The notes beneath the pieces were generated by a model. It searched no databases, was not told the DNA's origin, and saw only the letters and a list, made by a program, of their open reading frames with translations. Made by a program: the position numbers and the translations under genes. From Octopus sinensis (taxonomy: Eukaryota), in the NCBI RefSeq assembly GCF_006345805.1, contig NW_021832537.1, positions 1 through 64,000 on the forward strand: 64,000 nucleotides of DNA, read 5' to 3'. Positions 1-11,145 of the stretch are shown one piece after another; the stretch's first letter is position 1; every line of letters starts with the position of its first letter.

Positions 1-699
1 AACATCCAATTTCGTCCAAATTAAAAATATTTTTTGAACAATATTGTTCTAATTTTCTATTGAACTTTCTGTAAATTTTCATCACAGAGTTTCAACACAT
101 TGATTTTTCCACATAAAGCACGGGAAGCAACGCAATATCGATTTTTAAATTCTCAAGCCATCCAGTTGATGCTGTGAAATCCTTGAATATTACAAACTTT
201 CGCCATTTTTAGAGACATGGACTTCAAAAGATATCATTGATTGTAAATCCAAATGATCGTTTTTCAACGAACCATTAAATAGATCTCTGTCGAATGGTTG
301 AGACTTGGGCAAGTAAATTTTCTTTTTTTGGTCATCTTGAACATTAAGTATTCCTTCAGAATTTTTCAAAATTTTGTTTATGCAGCCCAGAGAAACATTG
401 AATAAAGGGATAAATCGCGCTGTGTGTAATGTCTATTTTATGATAAAATCGATTATTCTTTCTTTTGAAAAATGACAGGCGTTTTCGATTTTTCCACCAT
501 GCTAACAACTGTGAACGTGTAGTTTATTCGTTTTAAAGAATTTTAAATATATAGTAAAAATATTAATTTAATATTTTTATGTTCACAAAAATTTGACGTT
601 CACTATTCTTTAATAGTGAACACACAAATATTTAAATAAATGATATTATACATTTTTAAACGTGGTATTCATTTTATAATAAATATATTAATGAGAATT

Positions 700-1140
700 A
701 CTAATATTTGTTATTGTAGATTGCATTTCTTGGTGAAGAGTATGCTCTGGATACTGGAATTCAGCGTCGTGGGTTCGAATCCAGAAGAGGTACTTTGAAG
801 TCGGGTAATCTCGTCGAAGTTCCTTTGCCCGTGAGGTGACGAGTACATCTGGCACGACACAGGATGTCAAAAAGGGATCCTTCCTATCCGGCCTTAGAAA
901 GGCGTTACGTGGTCCACCAAATTCACTTGGAGTTCGACTGGATTTGGAAACGCCGAGGGGGCACCTAATGCTCACCGAAAAAGGACCAATAGCTCTCCTA
1001 CCCCCGGGACATCGTCGTCGCAGGACAAGCACTTTGCATAGGATTGAACCTTCGGAGGGATCTCCGTCGAAGTGCGTTCGGGATCACACGCTAATTAGTT
1101 CGGTTAACTGTGGTCTTGGTGTTAATAAATAAATAAATAA
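700..1140 (+). mobile_element. probable 3' end of a non-LTR retroelement with (AATA)n tail
   Basis: GC-richer patch ending in AATAAATAAATAAATAA. Positions 1003-1130 resemble 2205-2335 (shared GGGACATCGTCGTC, AGGATTGAACCTT, GGATCTCC, GATCAC). No confident protein family. Confidence 0.4.
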
Positions 1141-1151
1141 ATTAAATGGCC

Positions 1152-1431
1152 GAAGCTCTGGGTTCGAATCTCGCTGTCATCATTCCGGCCGAAGGTTCCG
1201 GCATATTACATGCAGCCCGGATGAAGAGTGACGCGTCAACAGTGATACATCACTGCGGAACCGGTGTTACATCGCACAAGCGAGAAACACAGATGGAGCA
1301 GAGACATCGTTCGTTCGGATTCCCTCGTTCGGATGAGCTAGTTACTAAATAACAGTTCTCTTTCTGTGTTGCAATGCGGGCTATAAACATTATGGCTTTC
1401 GTGAAAAGTGCTATAATAATAAATAATTAAT
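1152..1431 (+). mobile_element. SINE-like structured insertion
   Basis: Flanked by the imperfect direct repeat ATTAA(T)ATGGCC (ending 1151 and 1437). Has a B-box-like GGTTCGAATC at 1161, several hairpins and an AT-rich tail. Confidence 0.4.
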
Positions 1432-2204
1432 ATGGCCTGTTCACTATAGAGAGGGTTGACTGTATTTGGCTTATTGTACTGTTTGATTTTGTATTTATTA
1501 GGGTATCTACACTTACATTCTCATTAACCATCACCGATTGAACAGTAGCAGACTTTTCCATATTTTTATCAAACTTAGCCATTTTAAAGGAAGACTTGAC
1601 CTCCCAGTTTCCCCTTTCCTGGAAAACAATTTTAAATAATCAATAAATAGTAAGTGGTTTGGTCCATACGCGGGTAAACCGCTTTTTATGTTATCCATTA
1701 ACATTTTAGAATATTTTTATTTAATGCATTACTTAGAGGTCCATCACAAGTACGAAGATCTGCGGAGCAGAGATATTCTCTTCTGAATTTTGTTTTGTTC
1801 AAGTTTGGCTTAACTTTGTTTAGATTTGTCAAAAAAGGAATGTAGATACTCATACTCGACTAAGTTAAAAACCTTCTTAACATATCTCCACGTAGAAAGT
1901 AGTTTGTGCCATTCTGCTGATGGATACATTTATTAAGGATTGCCTGCTTTTTGCCAGCATGGTACATCCTTTTGGTTTCCAGTTGGTTCTCACAAAATTG
2001 TACGCATCAATAAAGTCGGAAAAAAGACAAATACACACTTTGGACAAGCTTGCATAAGGTTGCCATACACGTAATGGGCACCAGTTCCTTATGCAATTCG
2101 TATAACTTTTCTTTTGGAACATCTGGAGTGTAATCTTTTCGAATTATTCTAACAATTAAGGTAAAATTCTTTAAAATTAATTTATTCTTTAAGTTTTACA
2201 GACC

Positions 2205-2345
2205 CTGGGACATCGTCGTCTCAGGCCGATCTTGCGGGAAGGATTGAACCTTTCAGAAGGATCTCCCTCGTTTGGATCGGCGATCACGGGATTAACTATA
2301 ATTAACTGGCTTGCCCGTTTTGGTCTTTAAATAATAATAATAATA
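2205..2345 (+). repeat. diverged copy of the 1003-1140 retroelement 3' end with (AAT)n tail
   Basis: Colinear shared blocks with 1003-1130, followed by AATAATAATAATAAT. Confidence 0.55.
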
Positions 2346-2366
2346 ATTACACTCACTTATTTTCAG

Positions 2367-2546
2367 GAAACTGCCCTGAAAGTTTCCTTCACCCCCGAAG
2401 ACCTCTTCCCCTGTCCTGGACCGCCTCACTTGTCTCCGCCTATTGGGATTCGGGATCTCTGGGAGCGCCCGATCTTCGCGTCTCGCTACCTGATTGCAGC
2501 CGGCTTCCTACGTGTTAGTGAAGACGGGGGGTAACATAACTAACTA
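2367..2546 (+). mobile_element. short retroposed insert with 12-bp target-site duplication
   Basis: Exact direct repeat ACTTATTTTCAG at 2355-2366 and 2547-2558. The GC-rich interior ends in a (TAAC)n tail. Confidence 0.6.
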
Positions 2547-3259
2547 ACTTATTTTCAGTTAGGCAACTGCTTAATTATCTCGAGATTTTACTTTGAACTT
2601 TTCATACGTCCTTCTTGCTTCCGCAAATCTCGTATTTATTGGGACTAAAACTTCACTGCCCCTGTTTTGTTCAAACATTCGTTTATAACGAGAAACAATT
2701 TTTTGTTGAATCAAAAATCTGCATCTTTATTCTCTTTCTTTAATCTCCGATAAAAGCATCTCGGTTGAGCTTAAAACACTCTTTTGTTTTCTAAGCTTTT
2801 TCCTCGATTTGTGAATTCTGAGTTTTGTTCTAAAAATTTTTTCCATCCCGGATGCAACCAATACTTGTTCCATATTTTTCGTTCATGGAATTCAAGTACC
2901 GCGTTGTATCGTCTACCTTTTTTGCCAGTTGATGTAATTAGCTGGAGTTGTCTTTTACTCTTAGCAAGCTTGGCTTGCACCTGTCGGTCCAGTCACTTCT
3001 CATTCAAATAATGCGCGAGAGATTTTCGTAAATTTGATACCTGGCATAAACTATGTTTATAATATTATTTAGATTTTTAGGAGGCCATAATTTCATAAAC
3101 TTCCAGATCGAGGAATTGATTCTCGATAAGATTTCCTTTTTTGGAAGTTGATACAAAATTCTTTCCGTCGGCTTCAGCAATTCATGGGAAATTAAACTTA
3201 TTGCTATTCTATTTAGGTAAGTAGGTGAAAGAATAGTCGAGAGCTTAAGAGTCAGTTCA

Positions 3260-4420
3260 ATGATGCCACGCTGTGTATTGGACGGCAGTTTCTACGGAGC
3301 ACAGCGTCTGAAATTTGCTAGAAAAGCCAGCTCGTCTCTTTTTATTTGTTTGTTTTCGAGAAATTTTTTTACCAATATCACTGAGAAATTTAGTTGCAAC
3401 CTTGCCGACAATTCAAGAAGTTTCGAAGGGAAATAAGGCAGAAGTCAAAAGTGTCTTTTGATTAATACACAGGTATTTTGTCCTTTTGATTCTTCGGTCT
3501 AAACACTGGCAGAGCTTGGGTTCCTGACGGTCTTGGGTAGCATTGTCACAAAAAACAAGTCGACACAGGTGGGATCCCAAACCAGGGACTTGCCTTCTTT
3601 GAAAGGAAAGATAATCACCCCGTCAGGACGTTTACCGTCGATTGATTCTAAAGTGAAAGGCAAACCTGTCAACTCTAGAGCCCTTTTGACTACGTCGTTA
3701 AGTTGAATGTAGCGAGGGATTCTATCAGCATTCTAGCAGCACTCGATCAGCGTCCGGCAAAGGTAGGGCAGGCAAACGCCCAAGCCTAAGCAGAGTCCAA
3801 TCCGTAAAGATTCATCGTCCAGTAGTAATCCGTACTGGGGATAAGAAGTGGTTTGAGCCAGTCTTCTTATGCGGCTGACATAGGCAGTTTAAAAAGGCCA
3901 GGTAAAGTTGGTCGAACTTTGAGCGAAGCTTGCGTAATGTATCTAAGCAGAAAATTTTGTCCTAGCTATATTGAGCTAGAGGAATCGCAGGGAAATCAAC
4001 GTCAATGGAACACCAAACATGGCAGGTAGAGGAGTATTCCGAAAGCTTGCTGAGTTCGAGAAAAGGAAATAGAAGTGAGCAAACGGAATTCCTGGAAGCC
4101 GAGGTTGAAAGAAATAGCAGAGCAGGCCCAAGTCCACACAAGAGGGAATTCTGATCTTTCCGAAACGTGTAGGTAGCCTGGCACAGGTAAAACCGTCCCC
4201 ACTGAACCTCAAATTGAGATAGTATATTAAGGATTTGTGGACGAGATTGTCGTTTTTTGATAGAGAATTAGAAGTGACGAATAATGGGGAAGGAATAGAA
4301 ATTTAGATCAGTCCGGGAACAAAAAGGAAGTTCTTTAATAGGAAAAACGCCAGATGTAGGCAAAGTCAACTGATCCGGTCAGTAAGCAGCCTAATTAGGT
4401 CCCGCTTAGACGATAGGGGT
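3260..4420 (-). mobile_element. CRE-like non-LTR retrotransposon fragment (RT C-terminus + restriction-like endonuclease), degraded
   Basis: Minus-strand peptides NDVVKRAL..DGKRPDG..FPFKEGKSLVWD and ETSWLF*QISDAVLRRNC match the element at 11146-13658. Multiple stops and frameshifts. Confidence 0.8.
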
Positions 4421-4968
4421 TTGATTACATAAAGGGCGGAAATTGGCGAGTCAAAAATAACTAGATCGGTAATAACTTATCGGCAATTTTTAAGGTTAAA
4501 AAAATGTTGGCCCTAATCATGACTCACAAAAAAGTTTAAACATCAAATGTTGTAAATGACCATCTGAGTTCGTTAACTTAACCAATCCCCTTTTACTCGA
4601 TTGGAATGCTCTTCGAATGTTTTCTCAATAATGACGACTGAATGTCTGTGCAGGTATATGAAGCTATTTGATTATTATCTGGAGTGTTTGAAAATAATAT
4701 AAAACTAACACAAATGGCTTTCTGAGTGGATCGCATTTTCTAAAATAGGAATTTCATGACCAAAGTCTCCTGAAATATCAAAAAACCTCCGTAAGGTATA
4801 TTATCACTATAAAGTAACGAGTAATTCCTTCATTAATGTAAATTAAAGGCCTCTTGCAGCAATTTCCGAAAATCTTAGTGACAATAAAAAAAACTGATTC
4901 CCTTTAAGAATATAAATTGCTATGATTGCTTTATTAATTACATTCTAATCTGTGATTGAGTAAACTAA

Positions 4969-7189
4969 TTAAAAGCAAGAATATAAATCTGCACACAAGT
5001 CCCCATAGGTTAATCGAATATAACGTATATTATGCGAATAAATACGATTCGTCGATACACTCTCTATTTGTAAGGATGTAAAAATACATTTCTCTGATGG
5101 TTCTTTAGAACAAAAAATACGATCATAATCACGATATTTACCTCCCATTTCGAGTGGAAAATAATTCGACACGATGTGGTCTGTAGTGTCGGCATGACAG
5201 TCAATCGAGTCGACGTTGTAAACGGTGTCTAATTAAATAAGTATATTATACTCGAAAGCCGAGATTTTTGTTCCATAGGACAATAATCCAAAGAATTTTC
5301 ACTATAGGAGGACTCAACTGGCTCAACTGGCTGATACATTAAGTCGACACTCCCCATCTGAATTGGGTTGACTTGGAAATAGGGAAGTTGATAAGCTGGG
5401 ACCCAGGCAGTAGACAAATACATAGTCATGCAGCTTCGATTGAACCTGAATGATCTAATTTAATAAAACGACAACCATGGAGTATTTGAGGACATTAAAT
5501 GATATAAATTCCAGAAAGGGAGACATATGGCTTCCTCACAAGTAACTCTTCGACTCTGATCAGTCACCAATATTTGTGAGATTGCATTAATGAAATGAAC
5601 AACGTCAGAAGAGTACGCATTCGTGAACTGTGGGTCTTCACCCTCGGAGGATTTCAACAACTAGACGTCAAAACACACAGGTAACTAGTTTTTGGAGAAT
5701 TTTCATATTTTTGATTGAATATTTACTCGGATTCTTGACCCGAATTCCATGTTTTGAAAAATATTTTTGAGGATCCTTTGCTAAATCACAAAATGCCGTA
5801 CCATAAGATTCCAAGAGTCGTTTGTCTCAAAAAAATTGGCTGCTCTAGTCCCGGATTCAAGCATATAGCGTGTGGGGTAACCAGCTGATTTGCAGATGTA
5901 CCGAATCTGAATGAAAATTTCGCGGAAACCTGTTCATACTGATTAGATCCGGGATAAATTGCCCAGCCCGTGACGAGTTCGGCCATTATGCAACCGAAAG
6001 ACCACATATCAATTTCCTTCCCAAATTGGCACCCAATGATGACTTCGGGGGCTCTGGGGGTGAGAAAGCTAACAAACCTGTAGTATCGAGATTGGATGTA
6101 AGAAGGAAGTTGATTTTCGGAACTTGAAATTGCAGAACCCAAATCGATGACTTTTATCCAATACGGACACTTCTGGTGGTTGACGATCATTATATTTTCT
6201 GGTTTCAGATCCGCATGGATAATTCCGCAGTATGAAAGTGCAACCAGAGCTTTCAGAATCTAAAATACTTGAGAGATTGGGGTACTTGAAACGTTATTGC
6301 TCTAATTCCATCAAGTGGAACGCTTTTGAAGGCATTTTCCTGCATGAAATCGTATAGATTTTGAGAAAGCAGTTCGAATACGATGCAAGTATGACCTCGA
6401 TGTTCGAAGTTGTCCAGGAGTGCTACCAAATGGTTGTTTCCTTTAAACAAGTCGGTTGATTGGAGCAAATTGAGGAATGAAATCTATAAAAATAGTTGTG
6501 GTTAATAATCGAAAGGTGCTTAATTAAGTATTATTATATTTGTGATTAAGGGCTCTCTCATTTATGTTACCTCAGACATTCCTTGCTCTCGATACGATGA
6601 TTTCTTTTTCAGTATTTTTATGGCCACGTATCTACTTTTTTCATGTTGAAATGCAATCGCCACTTGTCCAAACGTCCCTCGACCAGAATATCCCATAATG
6701 GTGTAGCGGAAGTATCCAGAGTTTATTTCCTACTATATTTCCAAGCTATTACTTCAAATTTAGTTAGACGGTAATCGTCAACGCTATTCTGTTTACCAAT
6801 TGATTCAGCTTGGGATAGTTTGAATTCAGTTTGATCAAATATTGGCTATCAATAAGATAAGAATATTCAAACCTCTATCGAATTAGGATTATTTCCAATT
6901 GTCAGAGTCCGGTCTGCGCAATGGGAATTACGTTTCTAAAATAATTGGGAAGATAAGGTTTAAAAATAATTAAGACAATTGTTCCTACTGATTTATGAAC
7001 AGCTCGATAAATATTATCTGAAATTAAAATATGCTTATTAATATCGACTAAGAACACACAAATTACCTTTCTGGAATTATTCACATTCTGATTAATATTT
7101 TTTTTGAATGAAACGATTTGTGAGCACTGTTTCACTCTGAGAAGATCTTTTGACGCATTGCCTTGCAGCTTTGTTTTATAATTTTCCAT
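4969..7189 (-). CDS. HIPK: homeodomain-interacting protein kinase (HIPK/DYRK family), multi-exon
   Basis: Spliced motifs GRGTFGQV, VAIKILKK, HADLKPENIM, IDLGSA, YIQSRYYR|APE (24-nt intron 6054-6077), IDMWSFGC and GWAIYPGSNQYEQ. Both termini are approximate. Confidence 0.85.
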
Positions 7190-8569
7190 AAAGTCAATTT
7201 AATCGAAATCAAGTCCGTTTAATAATAGCTGGATTTATTAATTTAAATACTCAAATATTTTCGTAATTTGACGGTACAAATCATTAAAGTGCGCATGTTT
7301 TCGATTATTATGTCCGCTTATAAATTCAGGAACCAGATTGCTCAAAAATTTTTATTCCTTCCTCTTTATCCATTTCGAACTGTATTGCTTTGTCATTTTA
7401 AAAGAACACAAATCCGATTTCTGAGCAGAATGCAATTTATTTAATCTTTTTGTTTATTATCGATTGCCAGACTTTCTAAATCAGGAAGATGGAAATGATT
7501 TGATTAAATTAATTATATTTTGGGACTAATTGTTTGTTCGCTCAATTCTAATAATTGCATTTGCTATCAACGATTATCTCATTTTGAGTCAAATGTCAGT
7601 CTAAAAGCACTTCACTTAATTGGGAATTAAAACTCCTTTAAATCCTAACTTTTAAAAACCGAAAATAAAATTAATTTAAATTATTTTTGTCGGAACTGTC
7701 GCTTGGTAACTTCAACCAGCTGAATTTTTTAATTGATTCTTGGTATTTCAAGAGACTGGACTTGGCGTCAGGTTAAAAACGTCAAATATCCTTTAATACG
7801 TAATTATAAGTCATTATCAAAACTTTAATCAAGTTCTAAATTTATGCTGACAGCTCAATATTATTTGAAAACAAAAAGCCATAAAATAATGTGAATATTT
7901 TTAGTTTTGTGAGAATAACACATTAAAAATCGAAACATGTAAATTAGATGCAATTAATAAATTGATAGAAAATGTAAATCATGTCTTTGTTTGTAAAATT
8001 CAACCTCAAGCGTAAAAGTAATTAAGGACGGAATCATAGAAAAACGCTGACCATATCATTCGGATGGACAAAGCGAAATCAACAAAAATCTTTAAAAAGA
8101 ATACTTTGAATTACCAAGGAATCAATCATGGCCATTCATATATTACGCATTACCAAATCAATCCTAAAAATGATTTTAAAATGTAATTCTATCTTTTTCA
8201 TTGCTAATACTTGAACCTGGATTAATCTATTTAGAAGAGTAAGCAGGAAGCACTACTGTATTTACTTGTTTATAAGACTGAAATTTTCCCACGAGATTTC
8301 AGTTTAAAATTGCAGGCGTCATATAGGCGAGGCCTACAGTCAAAACATTTTGTTTCACTTAGACTTTACCTGCTTTCCTTCCTTCGTTTCATTAAATAGT
8401 CTGAACAGAATGTTGACAATTTCCCAGATAAAGTTTGACCCGTTTTATAAGCGAATTGTTTTATACATGAAAAAATATGGTCTTTTATATTTTTCAAATT
8501 GAACTGAGATGGCAATGTTGACAGCACATTAATCATATTTTATGATAAATTTGCTCACAGCTACCTTAA

Positions 8570-9100
8570 TTAGTTAATCCCCGGATTTACTATCTTGTAG
8601 GAAACCAGCAGTAAATAAAAAGCGAGGGGTGCAGGCCGGCCGCTCTCACAGAGCCCGTGGTGGGAAGACGATTCAGGAGGCCCAGGACATGAGAAAAGGT
8701 CATCTGGGTGCACGAAGTGATGTGGTCTGTGGAAGAGGAAATAATGACCTGAGCGGATTCTAGATAGCTGTATACGGATTTTCCTGTTTAGCAATGATTC
8801 GGATTTATCGATAAAGGAAAACGCGGAGTCTAGTGGTTTATTTTGTTCGAGTGATCTGATGGCCTGAATAAAGTTTGGACATAGTTGATTCGTTTTTCAG
8901 TGGAAGTATTTTTAAGAGTAGTCTCAATTGATTTGAAAAAGTAGTGATGATATGCCTTTTCTTCGATGACGGGAGTACACGATGTTGAGGTTGTGGGCTT
9001 TCTAGGATCTCATTGAGGAATTGTAATCCACGCATTTCTAAGTGATGCCTGGGGGGAAGTTCGTCGATTTGGGCCATCTCCTCGTGCCTACTGAAGTGGT
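8570..9100 (-). mobile_element. LINE (I/Jockey-like) C-terminal fragment
   Basis: LSRIRSGHYFL..H..SCP..PES..H.LCE resembles the LSRLRTGH...C.C...E...H...C tail of APE-type LINEs. Confidence 0.5.
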
Positions 9101-9502
9101 CTTATGGCAGTTTAAAAATTCTGCGATATGTTAAATCTTTGACACACAAAAGTCGATTTCTTGACAGTTGCGTATTAAAGCATTACCATAAACAAAATCC
9201 TCGAAAAAGCATTATTATTTTCGCAAGCACAGTGTCATGGGTCATGGCAAAGTATGTGCAACACAATAGGTCAGTTATCTAGAATGTTTTCTCCATATCT
9301 GATGATTTAAAGCCGCGTTGCTTAACATGACGATCTTCATCTTTAGTAAATCTGAAAGCTTTGGACCATCTCGGAGGAAGAAGAGGAAAAGGTAGTATAG
9401 CAGGGCCGCCAGAATGTCTCAATTTAGTTAATTTATTTATTATATTTAACAAGTGAGTCGGTGAATAATAACAAGTCATCTTGGTAACGAAAAAAATCCT
9501 GG

Positions 9503-10735
9503 ATGTCAGAGGCGGTAAATAAAGCTTACAATTTAATTAAATCTTCTCGGCCAGAATCCAAAATTGGTGATAAAGACAAAATATTTGATTTTAATGACTC
9601 AAAGTTACAATTTATGTTGATCACTGTTAGATCCACAGGCAGTTCTTTCAGTTTCAAAAGTAGTTCTTCTGAATATGAAGAAGAGTCAGATTCTCCAAAG
9701 GAATGTAATAAATTCAATTCTTAATCTTAGATGGGACAAGATTCCTTAAAAGAGGGAGTCGACTATTAGAGGAGTCCCCAATAATCGGTGGTCTAAAACA
9801 AAATAAAACTATTCACAGATCAAAATCTTGACAAGAAACGCAAGTCTAAAAAACGAATCAAAGAATCAAATATATTGGAGATCGGGGACCGAGGCAAATC
9901 CGAAGACCGCGAAACCATCACAAACATTGAAACCTCAAAACCGTCCCAAGACGGAGGTAAATTAAATATATTTTCTAAATTGAAAGATGGCGTGGAAGAC
10001 GAGTTCATAATGGATTTTGATGAATTGGCATCTTTAGAGGTTGTTGAACAAGACAACGTTTCCTTGTTGTCGAAAACACTCAAAGAAGAATTTGAGAAAT
10101 CAGGAACAGTCAAGGAAATCAGTGAAGTAGAAGAAATAGTCACCATTTCTGTCTTGATAAAATAAATCTAACTTTATAGACAGTCAAAGAGGATGTGGAT
10201 TCATTTCGTGATTTCCAGGATGAGATAATCGAAGAGATTTCCGCTCAACAAGAGGCTTATGAATCGGATTTTCTTGAGACCTGTTCGGAAAACACAATAA
10301 TCGGACTGAATGTGTCAAATAATTCAGAAATGTGTCCCGAACTTCCTCAAACCGAGGCTGCCGACGATACAAAAACAATTTTGAATATTTTGACCAATCC
10401 AACTAAGACAAATGACTCGTCAAACACCTCTCTGTTCAAATTTCAAAAGTAGTTTTATGCTTTCTGACATTACAGGGGAACGCAAACTGACAATGAATTA
10501 GAGAGGGTTTACAATGGTTAGTAGGGACTCCTCAATTTCAGATATCTGCGCTTCTTGTGTGGAAAAAACCTTGGGTTTAGATGGCGTTCTGATTCAGTTT
10601 TTGGTAATCAAGAAATCTGCCGACGTAAACAAGTTGGTTTACAACCAAACAGTAAAATCGATTCGTCCAGATTACAAATACGACTCAGGCAAACTGCATC
10701 GTCAAAAATTTAGAAAGAAACGTCCCAAAATTTGA
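9503..10735 (+). CDS. unassigned acidic, low-complexity protein, multi-exon
   Basis: Successive ORFs join in frame through 25-31-nt GT-AG introns (e.g. gtaataaattcaattcttaatcttag, gtggtctaaaacaaaataaaactattcacag, gttagtagggactcctcaatttcag). The start is uncertain. Confidence 0.55.
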
Positions 10736-10832
10736 AAAATTGCTGTTTTTATTATTTTTTAGAAACTATTTTAATAAAATGTATTTATCCTTCCACCTTT
10801 CGACTCAGGTCCAAAAAAAGTAGAGAAGTTAA

Positions 10833-11090
10833 CTAAATTAGATGAGTCGCCGAGGGGATGGACAGGCAATTTCCACGTAATATCGCGAACGATATCCGCT
10901 GAAAAAGCCAGCTCGTTTCACGACTATCGTGACTCCTCCTCGAGATGATTAAACCAATCTCTGAGAGGAGTTTGAGGGCTTTGGGTCCAATTATCCCACT
11001 GGTCTCGAAAGCCAGAGGAATGAAGCAGCAGGTATCGGTCAAAGAGCCATATTTTGCAGTTTTCCCAATCCATGATTCAAGGAGCCAATC
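10833..11090 (-). mobile_element. CRE-like non-LTR 3' fragment
   Basis: FIPLAFETSGIIGP..ETSWLFQRISFAILRGNC, the same C-terminal motif as the 11146-13658 element. Confidence 0.8.
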
Positions 11091-11145
11091 CATCCATGAT
11101 TTAATATTAAATCTGTAATTCGAATATAAATGATAATTAAACAAA

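Larger units (their letters stand above)
1..1464 (-). mobile_element. pogo/Tigger-like DNA transposon, 5' part, degraded, with nested insertions
   Basis: Minus strand reads TA+CAGTCAACCCTCTCTATAGTGAAC (TA at 1463-1464, terminus at 1462), a pogo-type end. A subterminal GTTCACTAT..ATAGTGAAC palindrome lies near 600-620. Frameshifted CENP-B-type HTH peptides (WFVEKRSFGFTIND; FTASTGWLEN-FKNRYCVASRALCG) lie at ~100-300. Confidence 0.7.

Noticed and set aside
760-800. GGTTCGAATCC as a tRNA gene
   Set aside because: The T-stem pairs only partly, and no acceptor, D or anticodon arms can be folded.
1500-3010. Coding-looking minus-strand frames at ~1500-2130 and 2600-3010
   Set aside because: I could not build a consistent spliced model or recognise a family.
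8030-8200. ADHIIRMDKAKSTKIF resembling an RTE C-terminal motif
   Set aside because: Too short and unsupported by flanking motifs.
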